Assembly: GCA_002104905.1 (NCBI GenBank)
Contig: MCFE01000233.1
Location: forward strand, 57,076 to 121,075
Length of the DNA: 64,000 bases
Reading direction: 5' to 3'
Source of the DNA: Basidiobolus meristosporus CBS 931.73
Lineage: Eukaryota; Fungi; Basidiobolomycota
Shown here one piece after another: positions 1 through 14,873 of this stretch; within the stretch, counting starts at the first letter, position 1, and every line of letters begins with the position of its first letter. The translations under genes were made by a program, and so were the position numbers. The notes beneath the pieces are model-generated. The model made no database searches. It worked only from the letters and a program-made list of their open reading frames with translations, and was not told where the DNA came from.

Positions 1-48
1 ATGTACAGATCCCCATCATGTTACGTTCCTCTTTCTGTGTTCTTACAG

Positions 49-3000
49 GGCTGGATAGAGCTGATTTTCATAATCTCGACGAGTGTCCTTATGATCAAGT
101 GTGTATATATCAGATTTTTCTTTAATACTTATGTTAATGAATTTGAATAGGGAGGGTACTTCGTGGTAAATGGCTCAGAAAAGGTGCTTATAGCGCAAGA
201 GCGAACAGCAACAAATAAGGTGTTCGTTTTTGCCAAGACCCCACCATCACCCTACAGTTTTATTGCAGAGGTCAAGAGTGCTACATCCCGAGGACATTCA
301 CTGGTGAATCCTGTTCTGGTCAAAATGTTGGCGAGCAATACAAGCAAAGGGGTAGGTACGATATTTTATATTCTACTTAGCGTAGATGGCTAATTACTCT
401 CTAACAAATTCAGATATCTGGACAATACATACGCGTCAACCTACCATACATCAAGCAAGAAATTCCTGTTGTGATCGTATTTAGGGCTCTAGGAATCTTG
501 GCAGATAAAGATATATTGCAGTACATATGTTACGACAAGAATGATTCGCAAATGCTAGAGTATATGAAACCATGCATTGAGGAAGCCTTTGTTATTCAGG
601 AAATGAACGTAGCATTGGATTTCATCGGACGAAGGGGCCACTATGTAGGAGTTAGCAGTGAAAAAAGAATTCGGTAGAATATGAAATTCCATCTTTGTTC
701 GAGATTGACACTCAACTATCAATAATCTAGACATGCTAGTAGTATACTACAAAATGAATTTCTTCCGCATATGGGTATTCAAGCCTACAATCAAACTAGA
801 AAAGCATACTTCCTCGGGTATATGGTGCATCGGCTGCTTTTAGCATCTTTAGGAAGGCGTGAGTTAGATGATCGCGATCATTATAGCAACAAACGAATGG
901 ATCTAGTAGGACCGTTGCTAGCAATGCTATTTCAAACATTGTTTAAAAAATTATCCAAAGATATTGGAAAGTACATTGGTAAATGCATTGAATATAATCG
1001 TGACATCCGACTGACATCAGCTGTAAAATCGAATATCATTACAAACGGGCTGGTATATTCATTAGCCACTGGAAACTGGGGTGACCAGGCTAAGCAGTTG
1101 CAAGCAAGAACGGGTGTATCACAAGTATTGAATCGCTACACGTTCGTCTCTACATTATCGCATTTGCGCAGGTGCAACACCCCAATTCACCGTAATGGCA
1201 AACTCACAAAACCACGTCAATTGCACAATACGCAATGGGGAATGATATGCCCAGTAGAAACGCCTGAAGGGCAAGCCTGCGGTTTGGTCAAAAATTTCGC
1301 ATTAATGGCATATGTATCTGTTGGTTATCCACCGGGAGATATTTTCGACCTGCTAGAAGAATTAACAATGGAAAATTTGGAGGAGGTTTCGAAGGAGGAC
1401 CTTGTGGATACTACCAAAGCCTTTGTGAATGGAATATGGGTAGGAATTCATCATGACCCCACCTCGTTGATGAATATTTTACGACACGCCAAACACCAAG
1501 GGTATATCAGTCCTGAGATCAGCATTGTGTATGACTATCGAGACCAAGAACTGCGGATTTTTACCGATGCAGGTCGAATCTGTCGCCCACTATTCGTTGT
1601 CGAAGATAACAAATTGCGAATAACAAAAGGAGACATACGCTCCTTGCAGAATGGAGAAAATACTGAAGGACCTTTTGGCTGGCCCGAGCTTATTACTAAC
1701 GGTATTGTCGAATATATTGACACAGCTGAAGAGGACTTTGCGCTTATTAGTATGACTCCTGAAAATATGCGCGGAATCAGTAATCGTCATGAGACGGATA
1801 TTGAGTTGGAGAAAATGTCCACTTCAAATCATCAACTGTGGACACATTGTGAGATTCATCCGAGCATGATTCTTGGCGTTTCAGCAAGTACAACTCCATT
1901 CCCTGACCATAATCAATCTCCGAGGAATACCTACGGTGCAGCGATGAGCAAGCAAGCAATTGGTACACATCTAACTAATCATCTTTTACGTATGGACACC
2001 AATTCCAATACGTTGTACTATCCCCAAAAGCCATTGTGTACCACCAGATCTATGGAATACCTACGATTTCATGAGTTTCCGACTGGACAGAATACTATTG
2101 TGGCTATATTATCCCACGGAGGCTACAATCAAGAAGATTCTTTAATAATGAACCAAAGCAGTATTGATAGAGGTCTATTCCGGAGTACTTATTACCATAG
2201 TTACATGGATCAAGAGAAGATAAATGGTATCATCACAAATCAAAGATTTGAAAACCCTGATCCAAACACAACGATAAGAATGAAGCCTGCAGGGTACAAT
2301 TGGATAGACGATGATGGCATGGTGATTCCCGGTACGAGAGTATCTAACGATAGTGTCATCATTGGGAAAACGATGCCAATCCCGAATGGCTCAGAGGAAT
2401 TAGGACTCCGCACCGAAGACCATAAGAACATCGATATAAGCACGACAATCAAGATGAGTGACTCAGGAATTGTTGATAGAGTGATGCTGAGTACAGGTCA
2501 GGACGGGGTGAAACTTGCAAAAGTTCGAGTTCGAAGTACTAGAATACCTCAAATTGGCGACAAATTTGCCAGTAGACATGGGCAAAAAGGGATTATAGGT
2601 CTGGTATATCGACATGAAGACATGCCGTTTAGTCAAGAAGGGATCGTTCCTGATATTATCATTAACCCTCATGCGATCCCCTCGCGTATGACAATAGGAC
2701 ATTTGGTTGAATGTTTACTAAGTAAGGTTTCGGCACTAAGCGGTAGTGAAGGAGATGCTACACCGTTTACTAGTGTTAGTGTTGATGCAATCTCCGAAGC
2801 CATTCAAGCCTTTGGTTATCAAAAACGGGGACTGGAGATATATTATAATGGTCTAACCGGTAGAAAACTGGAAGCACAGGTATTTGTAGGGCCAACCTAC
2901 TATCAAAAATTGAAGCATATGGTGGACGACAAGATCCATAGCCGTGCTCGGGGACCCCTTCAAATCTTGAGTCGTCAACCGATTGAAGGAAGGAAGAGAG

Positions 3001-3396
3001 AAGGAGGGCTTCGATTCGGAGAAATGGAAAGAGATTGCATCATATCGCATGGCATGGCATTGTTTCTGAAGGTAGCTTTCCTTCTCCATCTACTTGATAC
3101 TATTCAACGATATAACAATCATGATAGGAGCGACTTTGTGATGTTTCCGATGAATACAGGGTTCATATATGCGATTTATGTGGCCTCTTGGCAATAGCGA
3201 ACCTCCGAAAAAACACTTTCGAATGCCGTAGCTGTAGAAATAATACGAGGGTATAATCATATCGCGTTTAGATTTTGGTTGAATTCTAACATGTTTTATG
3301 CCCTAGATTTCTCAAGCACTGATTCCTTACGCGTGTAAACTATTATTCCAAGAGTTAATGGCGATGAACATATCTCCACGTATAGCGGTTGCCTAA
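49..3396 (+). CDS. RPB2: RNA polymerase II second-largest subunit, divergent copy, 5'-partial and multi-exon (acceptor at 48; further introns near 99-150, 355-414, 674-731, 3072-3120, 3253-3309)
   Basis: Spliced translation gives [91 protein letters not shown] and [11 protein letters not shown]. The C-terminal CDLC..CRSC zinc site and [16 protein letters not shown] are present, with TAA at 3394-3396. Confidence 0.95.
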
Positions 3397-3586
3397 GGTT
3401 TTCGGCAATGATTGGAAATGCAATTCTAGAAAGCAGTAAGCTCACAAACACCGTATATATGTAAATTTCGCTGTTATGATCACAAGCCCCAGGTAGAGAA
3501 TGAAACATATTAAAGGAAACAACAAACAGCGACATGTAAAAGAAACAATGGCCCCAACAATTTAGTAAACTGTATTGATGTGAGAG

Positions 3587-4657
3587 TTAATTTGAATCTG
3601 GTTTTTCGAATCGAAGGAAATCAACTTCTATATCAACGGACTTTTTCTTATGGAATTTGTACATCGCGGGAACATCAAACTGTGGATGAAGTTTAACAAC
3701 TATTCGAATAGAGTAGCAACGATGACCTTACCTTTAATTCAGCAACCACTTGGCAAGTAACTCCCCACTCCTTGGCTTTCTTCATGATGTGCTAGAAAAT
3801 GATTTTAGTAAACTTGGCTTAATCAACATCAAGAAGAGAAGTACTTACTTCCCTAGTGGATGTTTTATGCAGAGAATATACAGCCTTGTTAGCGAGCTGA
3901 AAGTATTTATCCAGAAATCCCGGATGATGATCAGTCAATATTCACGATGACAGCCACTTAAAGCCAACCTCACCTCAATACCACGCTTCAGAAAAACCAT
4001 ATCGATGCCAGCATTGTTTTTCGTTCCAAATGGAGGGTTCATAAGGATAGTGTCAAGTTTACCACGAAAACGCTTGAGCAAATCCTCGTCTTGGCTGGCC
4101 AGATCTATGTTAATTAAATCCATCTCTATTTCCAACTCTTCGCAGTTTTCTTGTGTGATAGCTAAAGCGTCAGGATCAATATCAAAACCAACGTTATATC
4201 TAGGAAGGAATACGTTAATTTAAACGAGCTGTAGCTTTGGTCTCAGCTTGAAAAATATTTACTTACGCGGAGCCCATCATCTGAGACGCAATGCTAACAT
4301 CCACCCAAGAATAAAAGAGAGGATAGGGTTTAATGGACTTGTAAGCAACTTGAATGAACACTTGGTAGAATGCATCGAAATCAAGATGTACCTTAAAATT
4401 CCACAGCCACAACCGAAATCACCTACGGCTTTATCTTCGATATCTTCGTATGAGTTCTGGGCTGTATAAAGCATCCTGGCAGCTAAATGTGGAGTGGTAG
4501 GATATTGCTCGAACTGGATTTTCGGGTTGTCTAAACCATCGATGGAATCAGCACGAAAGTTATAACAGGAGCACATCTCGAAAAAAAACTATAGAGACAG
4601 AGTCTTACCGAACACTGCAACTTCCTGCAAATATCCTTCGAGTTGTTTGAGCTTCAT
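3587..4657 (-). CDS. METTL5: 18S rRNA N6-adenosine methyltransferase METTL5-like (multi-exon)
   Basis: Starts MKLKQLEGYLQEVAVF, then PKIQFEQYPTTPHLAARML, SAM motif GDFGCGCGIL, catalytic NPPFG, HKTSTREH, and ends FDVPAMYKFHKKKSVDIEVDFLRF. GT-AG introns join the short ORFs. Confidence 0.92.
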
Positions 4658-5064
4658 TCTACAATCACTTCAACAGTAGGAAATCACTGTGGTTGTGGTG
4701 TGGAGGCGGATGAAACCAGTAGGTAGCATCCAACGAACACGGATTATTTTTTTTTTGATTTCGACGGAGCGACGTAAATTTAGTTAAATTGCACCCACTT
4801 GAGCAAAGTAATTCTTTATTATAGTCATGCATTAGGCGTATGGATCATGTTGAGATGAGAATGAATGAAAATCGGTTAGGATCGTCGTTTGAGTAACGTC
4901 AAGTGCATGTTCACATGATGGCAGAGTGCTGCGACTTGTAGGAATTGGGAACAGATACTTGCATGGTAAGTATACCACAGGCTGTACAGATTCATGGATG
5001 TAGTGATATTTTATGGGATATAGTGTCAGGCTAGCAGTGATAAGAATATATTAGGGTATTAGTA

Positions 5065-8000
5065 TCACTGATGACCTTGAAGAATAATATCAATGCAGTT
5101 GTTAATAAATTCCTTCTTGATGGTCATGTCCATACCAAAGTAGCGGGATAGCTCGTCCCGAACTTGTTTTTTGGTAATCGACATGAGGTTAGCTGTGGAG
5201 AGGATCTGTTGGACCTCGTCCATAATCTCCTGATCAGTTGGTAGGTTGGAGAGAGCGCCACCACGACCACCCACACCTTGCATCACCGGATGATATTCAT
5301 TCACGTTGGCACTTGATGTGTAAGGAGGCACACTGGACGCGTTGCTTGCTCGAGGTCGTTGCCTGGAAACCTCAGGTGTGGCAGCTCCTCGATTACGAGA
5401 GTAGTCTCTATACTCCGATCGAGCAGCCGAATGAGCCCTGGAGCCTCTATCTTTTGAGTGCGATTGCCCGCGCAGTGACGTTGGGTAAGGGGAAAGGCTC
5501 TGAGCAGAGTGAGGAACAGGTGTGACGGAACGCCCTCGTCCTCCTGATGAGTAATACGGGTCTACTGAGCCATGAACCGAAGGTGATGGCATACTAATGT
5601 AACTCAATCCCTCAGGGCCACGAGATTTCGACCGACTGTAGGATTGACCAGAGCCTTTGGAGTCGTGTGAAACGTAGGTATCGGCCTCCCATAACTCCTG
5701 CTCGTAGTCGCCCCATTTCTTCAGTGGCACTGAGGCGGGGTCGAACTTCTCTTCACTCGAAACATGAGCCACCTTGCCTTTTTCGCCAACGACCACGCGG
5801 GTATTACCCCACGAGAAGTCATCGAAATGCCAGAATGCGTACACGGGAAGGAAGAAACTGAAGATGGGGAGCGACAGCAGGTACACGATCATCCAGCCGA
5901 TATGCTGCCATTGCCGCTTAATCAGGAAGATGAAGATCTGGAGCCCGTAGATCGCTACGAGCATGATGATGGAGATTAGTTGAAACGACGAGGGATCGGT
6001 GATGCATTTGTACAACAGGTAGCCTAGGTAGAAGCACTGCACCGGCATGATGATGGTGGAGAGCAGATCGACGAAGACAACAAAACGCATGGAGAAGCAA
6101 CAGAAGCCGCACAAACGTGGGAGATGTAGAAGCTCAGCAAGGTTGTGAATGGTCGAGTTGATCCAACGACGACGCTGTGACAGTAGCACTGACCATTCGT
6201 CTGGCGCGTTCGTCTGGCACTTGGCATCAGGCGTGAACGTCATCTTGTTGTAATTGAAATGCTTCAGCATCAAGGTGGTCAGATACCGATCCTCGCCGAG
6301 GGATAGCAGGTTCTTCTTGTGAAGAGTATCTACCTTGTTCTCCGAATAATCCTCAATGATGATGTTGGCGATCAACAGAGGCTGATTCTTTGTCGGAGTA
6401 CGGAAACGATACATGCAGAAGCATCCGGGCAGACAGGTGACCGAGCCGAACAATGACTCGAATGCCTTGCTCAGATGGTGGGAAATGAAGTACTCGTAAA
6501 CCTGGATCATCGTTATGTACGAGGCTTTGGCGTTGAGCAATTGGGTCTCACCGCAGAGACCCATGATTTTCGAGTCGTTGAGCATGCAGGAGACCATTCT
6601 ATTGAGCGAGTCCGGCAAGACGATTGTATCCGCATCAACCATCAGCACGTACTCGTAGAAGTAAGGATCGACACCGATGACATTCTTGATTTGGTGGTAC
6701 ATCTCGAGTTCCAATGGACTCATTTCGCTGTTGAAGTGCACCTTGTTGAAGAACTGCATCAATATCAGCTGCGAGTCACGTTTACCTCGGTTCCCTGGTC
6801 TTGAGCGCTCTGAAGGCTTCCCAATCTTCACCACGACGAGGTAGGGAACAGCGTGGCCGGAGCATTCGTACAGCCCAGTGTAAACCTTCGCCATGTTCAG
6901 CTGCTGGTTTCCTTCACCGAGCGCCTTGTACACCAATGGCTCTCGGTCTACGCTGGTGTCAGCGCCAAGAATATCCAATACAATCATAGGTGTGGGTTTA
7001 TCGTTTCCACCTCCGACGATCATCCCGTCCGCCACGATGAAGAGAAGCTTGCGCTTGTCGTCATATCTGAGCACCGCAAGGGAATCGATTGTCCTCTTGA
7101 GCGAATCCTCTCCTTCGGTGTAGCATGGCACTTGGCAGACCACAAACTTATCATGCTCCTCTGGTTCACGTAAGGACCCCAGCTGTAGCGCAGCCAGGAA
7201 CTTGAATAGCATGATGGCGGTTAGGAAGATGGTTGCAGACAGCAAGAAGTAGTTGGAGAATTGGCACTGAGCCGAGTTACGTGTGTCCACAGTGCCCACG
7301 TAGAATATGTTTCTAAGGCACGTTTTCATATTAGCCTTCAAATCCGGCTGATTAGCGTATAGTGTATTGAAGTTTCTCGTGACATCCTGCCCCTGATTGT
7401 TCCGGAATATTTCGACAAGCTGAGGATCCATGAACGGTGTGGCAGCAACCGCGGTGTACCCTGGAGGAGCTATCGACATGATCTGGCCTCGGGCGTATGA
7501 ATCCATATCGTACACTGCACCGTCAATAATTGCTATGGAATACCCGGACTGGCCCTTGCTGCGTACATACGAGGCTGAATACGCCATAAGCCCTTTCTTG
7601 TACTTGGCACGTAGCATTGCCATCACGTTGTCCGTATAAAAGTTCATGTAACTGTTACCAACGGTGCTGAAACGATAGTCGTGGTAAATTGCGTTGGGAT
7701 CGAGCGAGTAATTGTAGATGTTGATCGTTGGGTCTATGGGGCCGTTGTAGCCGGTGCATAGATCGCTGAGTTGTATGGGGAAGAGGCCGCTTGCGTCCGT
7801 TCCCGCATACTTCATCATTTGGGTGGATGACACTGTGTGGTGATTGTAATCCTTGATAGTGAATACCTCACCGTGGATGGAGATGTATGGATTCTGTGCA
7901 GTATTGTAACCGGCAAGCTCGCTATCCGAGTACACGTACTGTCTAGGGCAGATGATTGGCCCGAAGAATATCAAGAAAAACACCACGATCGCACAAAAGA

Positions 8001-10656
8001 ACAGGATGAGAATGCATAGTGCCGTCTTTTCACGCCAGGCCATCCTCACATCTGGTCGCTTCATTCGGCCACAGGTGCTCAAAGCGCTACTTGGGATCCA
8101 CCAGGTTAGGCACCACGTGCAGCACACCCATTGTTTACGCTGCTTAGAAGGTGGCTCAGCTTCCTCGGCGGGCAACTCTGCCTCTGCCTTGAGCTCTGAG
8201 CCTTTTAGAGCATATTGTGACTCGAAGATAGCTGATGGCGTGGTGGATACGCTCTCCGGACGTTCGAAATAATCATCATCGCTATAGAATGATCGGGTTT
8301 CGGCCGCACTCGCGAATGATCGGGATCCCGGTGAGGAGGGACGTGTGATAGCCGGCATCTGGATATTCCTGGCCTCGGCGGGGGCGGTCACCGCTTCCGG
8401 CCTCGGCTTCTTTGATTCGGCTTCGTAAAGCCGCAAGTTGTCCTCCAGATTCCTCCAAGCATCAAATGCAAGGTATACCTTAGTGTTCCCAACGAACATG
8501 TCTTTCTCGCCCCATCCGAATATGGTGCAGGTGGCCTGGCATTTTTGCTTCGGATCACGGGCCTGATCCAGCCCCATGGGCTGAAATACAGCGGCGTAGC
8601 GCTCCAGGAACTCCTCGTGGGTCAATGAATTGGTGTAATCGATCTGGCGACGCTTGGCTATTTCGGCCAGGCCCATGCATCGTACCTGCTGCTTGACTTT
8701 CTGGGAATCAAATTGGCGAGGCTTCTCTGCATCGTTGGGACGAAGGCACAACACAAACCAAGGTACCGTTTCTTGAAGCGTTTCTACTAGCTCCTCCAGG
8801 GCACATTGGAGTTGTCCCGCGATACTGGCAACTTTCTTGGAATCCTTGGTGGATTTCGTACGGGTTCGGCGCATGGACGGCTGCCTGGTGGGCATGGCCG
8901 ATTGTTGGGCAGCGATGATTGTGGCTTCGTTACGAGGATGGCTCTCATAGGCGACGTTTTTGTTGGAAAATAGCCCGGCAATGAATGGATTGCTGGTAGA
9001 TACCACGTCGGCGCCGCCGCGGAAAAGCCCAATGAAATCCGAGCCGATGGTATCGCCGTTCTTCTCCACGAACTCGCCAATGCTATAGGTCACTTTGCCA
9101 GCAAAATGCTGAATGGAAAAGCTCCCGGACGAGTTTCGAGGGGGAAGATGGAAATTGCTGCGGGACGAATGATGTTTTTTGAATGTCTCCAGCAGATGCT
9201 CGGTGGAATCAGCCGCAGAGGGGTTGGTCTTTCGGTCCATTAGGGAGATCAATCCAGTGCCGGGCTTCACCAATAGCTCCAAGCAAGGAGAATTGTCAAA
9301 GTAGGGAGCATCGGGGAGGGGGATGCCCTGCTCGTTGTACTCCTCGTTGAGAGCTTCGAATATGTGATGGTTCATGAAATGGTGGATACGTTCGTTCGCA
9401 AAGTTGACGCAAAACTGATCGAACCCGTTGACATCAAAATTTTGGAAGCCAGGCATGTCAACAAAACCAATAAAGTTGGTCTGCTTTTCGGCACATAGCT
9501 TGGTATTGATAAACTCCACTATCCAGCTGAACAGAAGGGAATACAGCGCCTTGGACAGGCTGTCCCGCTGCTCTCCGGCCTTCTGGGCATTAAGGAAGAG
9601 AGTGCAGATCTCTTTGCCGATTAGGGTGGATTTGTACGTCAGAACGCCCATCAGGTCGGACACACTTACGCCAAGGAATTCCGCCACGTTCTTAAGTACC
9701 TCTTCGTTCTTGATAGTGGCGGCCTCGTTCGGCCGGTTTTGGTTGTCAGCAAATGCAATGTTTCCCAAATGCAGAATGGCAGCCAGGAGTCGGAAGATCT
9801 GAGTTTGATACTTCTTGTTAAAGCCAAGGGACTTCATAGCCGAGCGCAACTCATCGAGAGTAATGGTTGATGGATTGTCACTTGCAGATGTCCCCGGAAC
9901 GTATGCATTCACGTCAGCCAACCTCAGGTGGTTTTGTTCTTCAACTGAGATGCCAGAGAGGAGGCAGCGGAACACATGGAAGTTGGCATTATCCATGGTG
10001 GAGTTAGTTACTCGTGACTTCTCCAGCAAGTAGTCGAGAATCTTGGCGCCGATGACTCTTCCACGCTCGTTGAATTGGATCTCGGTGTAATTTCCGTATC
10101 TGGAGGCGTTCACATTTGTTGGTGTGCGCGAGTTCCCGAAAACCTCCAAGACACTGATGGCGTTGATGATTTGTGACATGATGTGGGTTTCTTTCTTCGA
10201 TGCCTCTCTGAGCCCCGCGAGCATCCGAAGACCCAGGTTTTTGTTGTGCGACTTGCCACTTCCAGTTTCGCCACTAAGCAGGAAGAGACCGTTAGTAAAC
10301 ACTCGTTTAGAAATGGAAATCATCCCGATCTACCTGAAAATGACCACCTGATCATAACCGGTTCTGCGCATATCCAGGTAAGCATTGCTAGTTAGATCAA
10401 ATATATGCGGGGGCAACACCTGGCGTTTGCCCGAAATGTCTTTGTATGAGGCAACATATTGCTGGAGGGATGCTTGACTGTCTGTATCGGTTGATATGTA
10501 TGGGTTGATGGAGACCAGGGTGCGGGCTCCGATTTTGGCATAGAAGTCACCCTTCTGGTAAAGGTCTCTCAGGAACGCGGTTGCCTCGTCTTCGTTAAAG
10601 GAAGATAGATGGGAGAGATCCCATCCGCCTCCTGGTGGGTTGGAAGCACCGCTCAT
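5065..10656 (-). CDS. Class V chitin synthase with N-terminal myosin motor domain, cytochrome b5-like region and C-terminal DEK domain (one intron ~10276-10333)
   Basis: Myosin P-loop GETGSGKS, FGNSRT and DMPGFQNF. GT2 chitin synthase motifs GNRGKRDSQ, VDADT, LGEDRYL, QRRRW and SWGNTR. DEK_C-like tail PTDQEIMDEVQQIL...DMTIKKEFIN. Confidence 0.95.
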
Positions 10657-12891
10657 GGTATGAAGGCGTGTAGGTTATGGGAGTGTGCAGCAGAGGAAAT
10701 TTCAGATGCTTTGTAGATATGTAGGCTGTGTTCTGTCGCTTCAGCACTTGGTCAATAGCGCAAGCGGAAGGATATGGAATGCGAGGGGGATGTCTGAGTA
10801 CTAAAGCTTAAAGGACCGCAAGCAAAGGGACAGGAAAAAGTCAAACAAGGAGATCAAGCAGCAGTCAGATGGTACTAATGAGCAAATTTAAGAGCATAGC
10901 GCCTTACCAAAACAGCAAATCCGTAATATGACTCTAATTAATTGGCATCTGTACAGTACTCAATGGTGAGGAGTAAATTGGACTTCATTGCGATAGTCCT
11001 TCCAAATATGGATGTACCCTTGGTTGTGTAATTCCCAATGTGTGATGGAGTGCATTGATAATGTATGTCTCGATGCGACATCTCATTTGACTCAACATAT
11101 AGGCGACTGGAGTAAAAATAGATATGGGACACCAGCCCGCCATTGAACAAGCACTTTGGCTGTCCAAGCCGACGAAGCATACACAATACACGCAGTCCAG
11201 AACGACAACCTGCCAAGCACCTGTTTTGCGACGCCCCGCTTTGCAACAACATATGGCTGCTACCACCCAACCGCTCTCCAGCTAACCAAGCCAAAGGGAG
11301 TATATCTGGATTAGATGCGTGGGTCGACAGTGATTGGATCTCAGAAATAGATTGATCTTCCTCATCGTAGTGGTTTCCACGGCATTGTCTTTCATGGCCT
11401 CTCATTAGTCTCAGCCTTTGCATCTGTTTCCGTCGGGGTTGAGTCGATGTGCATCCATGAAACAAGTGACTTCATCAAATCACGGGATCATCCGGTTATT
11501 GTTTGGTAAACCCAACAGGGAAAGATCTACTTTTAGAACCATGCTCAGCCACTGTATTTTTAGCACTAGTGGGAACCCACCATCGTGCATCGAGCGTGAT
11601 CCGAAAACAAAACCACCTGAAGGAACGGAGCTGGAACTTGTTTGAAGCTGCATTGTACAAAATTGGGAGTGAACGAAATGCCACTGTGCTCCAGCCACAA
11701 AAATAGCTCGATATCCTCGGAATGATTTTTGTTGAGTGGCACCTGACCATCCATGGCCCAGTTCATTAGAGCCAACCGTGGGTGACAAATGTAGCGTCCA
11801 CCCTACACGGTCACAAGTGCACCGTTGCCGTAGCCCCGCTCTGTGGCGCCCATGGGTTGGTGCTTGATACCCATTGCTGGGGCTCCCGGGAATGACTGTA
11901 CAGAGAGCGCCGTCGCTAAATGAGCAAGGGCTCAGATATTGGGTGCGGGATTTAGCCTACTGTATCGGTGGGTTGGCGCTCCAAAACCCATCTCCCTAGC
12001 TCACTGGCAATTGGATCAATGCTGGTACATCTGATCATGAAGACATCTGCGAATCGAAGCAACCTCGGATTCCCCTTTGTTGTTTGGCTGCTAGAGTGCG
12101 GTTCCACGCGGAATGGGATGGAGCCGACCATCGTATCAACAAATCTAATCATGACAAACGGGTTGAGCGAAGGTTACACCAGCCTGTCAACTTGGCTTAG
12201 CGACCAGACGGCTGAGGCACCTTCCTCTTTGAGCATCAACGGGTTTTCTCTCTGGGAACTCGAGTGAAACCAGTAGTTCTCTCGTAATGACGAAAGCAAC
12301 GATAATAATAGCAGCCCTAAATTAACCTCCTGGGTTGTAGGCGTTGCCTGTTTGAGCATTCATGAAACCCAGCACTTGAGGGGTGGATACAACAACGGCT
12401 GATCTGTAATGGCTTGGGTCGGTTTCTCACTTCATCCGAATCCATGCTGAGACATGTGACCACGGGATTCCGCCACCCAAATAATCCCCCAACAACCATG
12501 GCATTTCCGTCCCAAGAAGCCACAGCGGCTGGGATCTGGTGTTCGTGCGGGGCTTTGTATTGATACTGCCCATGTGTCCAACAGAACCGATGAGATGTGC
12601 CAAGGCCAAGCTGCGCACCACACTTGCAATTCCACGGTCAAGGACCCCTGCAAACGCAGCAGATATTCCATAAATTCTGGCCAAACCATTGATTGTCGGC
12701 TCATCGATGGGCATGAATACAGGGTAATGAAATCCTGATCGCTTCGTTGAGGCCAGCATCCACCACCCCTGGATCACAGCCAATCAGGGTCCACGGCGTT
12801 TAACATCCGTAATTAAATCTATCAACAAATTCGCAAGTTGATTTTCCTCCTCTTTTCTTTCTTGATTCCCTGACAGGTTGCTCTGATAATA

Positions 12892-13624
12892 ATGTAAGTT
12901 CGAATATCCACCATCCCATCACGTACAACCATCCAATCCTACCGAACCTCACGAGAATGCACCCCTTTCGCCCGCAGCTGTTGTCTAATCGTCTCTCAAA
13001 ATAGGGTTTCCCTGAGCAGTCAGAAGCGTTTGGCCGCTAGCGTTCTCAAATGTGGTATGAGAAAGGTCTGGATTGACCCCAACGAGGTCAACGAAATCGG
13101 CAACGCCAACTCCCGTAAGTTGCACTCCACTCCCCTTTCTGCGACCTTCTTACCAACCGGCTTGCTCACCTCCAGGCCAAAACATCCGCAAGCTTATCAA
13201 GGATGGACTTATCATCAAGAAGCCTAATGTCGTCCACTCCCGCTTCAGAGTTCGCGAGAAGCTTGCCGCTAAGCGTAAGGGACGTCACACCGGTACCGGT
13301 AAGCGCAGAGGTACCGCCGAGGCTCGTATGCCCACTCAAGTTCTCTGGATGCGTCGCCAACGTGTCTTGCGTCGCATGTTGAGAAAGTACCGTGAATCTG
13401 GCAAGATCGACAAGCACTTGTACCACTCCCTTTACATGAAATCCAAAGGTAACGTTTTCAAGAACAAGCGTGTCTTGATGGAGTTCATTCACAAGGCCAA
13501 GGCTGAGAAACTCAGAGCCAAGCTCATCGCCGACCAAGCCGAAGCCCACCGTCTTAAGGCCAAGGCTGCTCGTGAGCGTCGTGCCGAGCGCATTCAGGCC
13601 AAGAAGGAGTCCCTCCTTGCTTAG
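12892..13624 (+). CDS. RPL19: 60S ribosomal protein L19 (eL19); introns 12894-13004 (inside the start codon) and ~13115-13176
   Basis: Spliced translation [28 protein letters not shown]...[13 protein letters not shown]...[12 protein letters not shown]...[19 protein letters not shown]. Strong C-ending codon bias. Confidence 0.97.
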
Positions 13625-13740
13625 ATATCCCGTGCCTACACTTGTATCTCATAGATGTAAGATCATACTTCGGGTGCAATTCAATAAACCACTTTATTAG
13701 GCTCAATCAATTGGCAATTTTGGTTGACTGGAGAGGCAAG

Positions 13741-14873
<1,133 letters not shown>

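Noticed and set aside
13166-13549. Antisense ORF over RPL19 (similarly 22547-22969 over RPS18, 38214-38780 over the ATPase, and many within the chitin synthase and TRS120)
   Set aside because: These are shadow ORFs expected from codon bias on the opposite strand, with no independent motifs.
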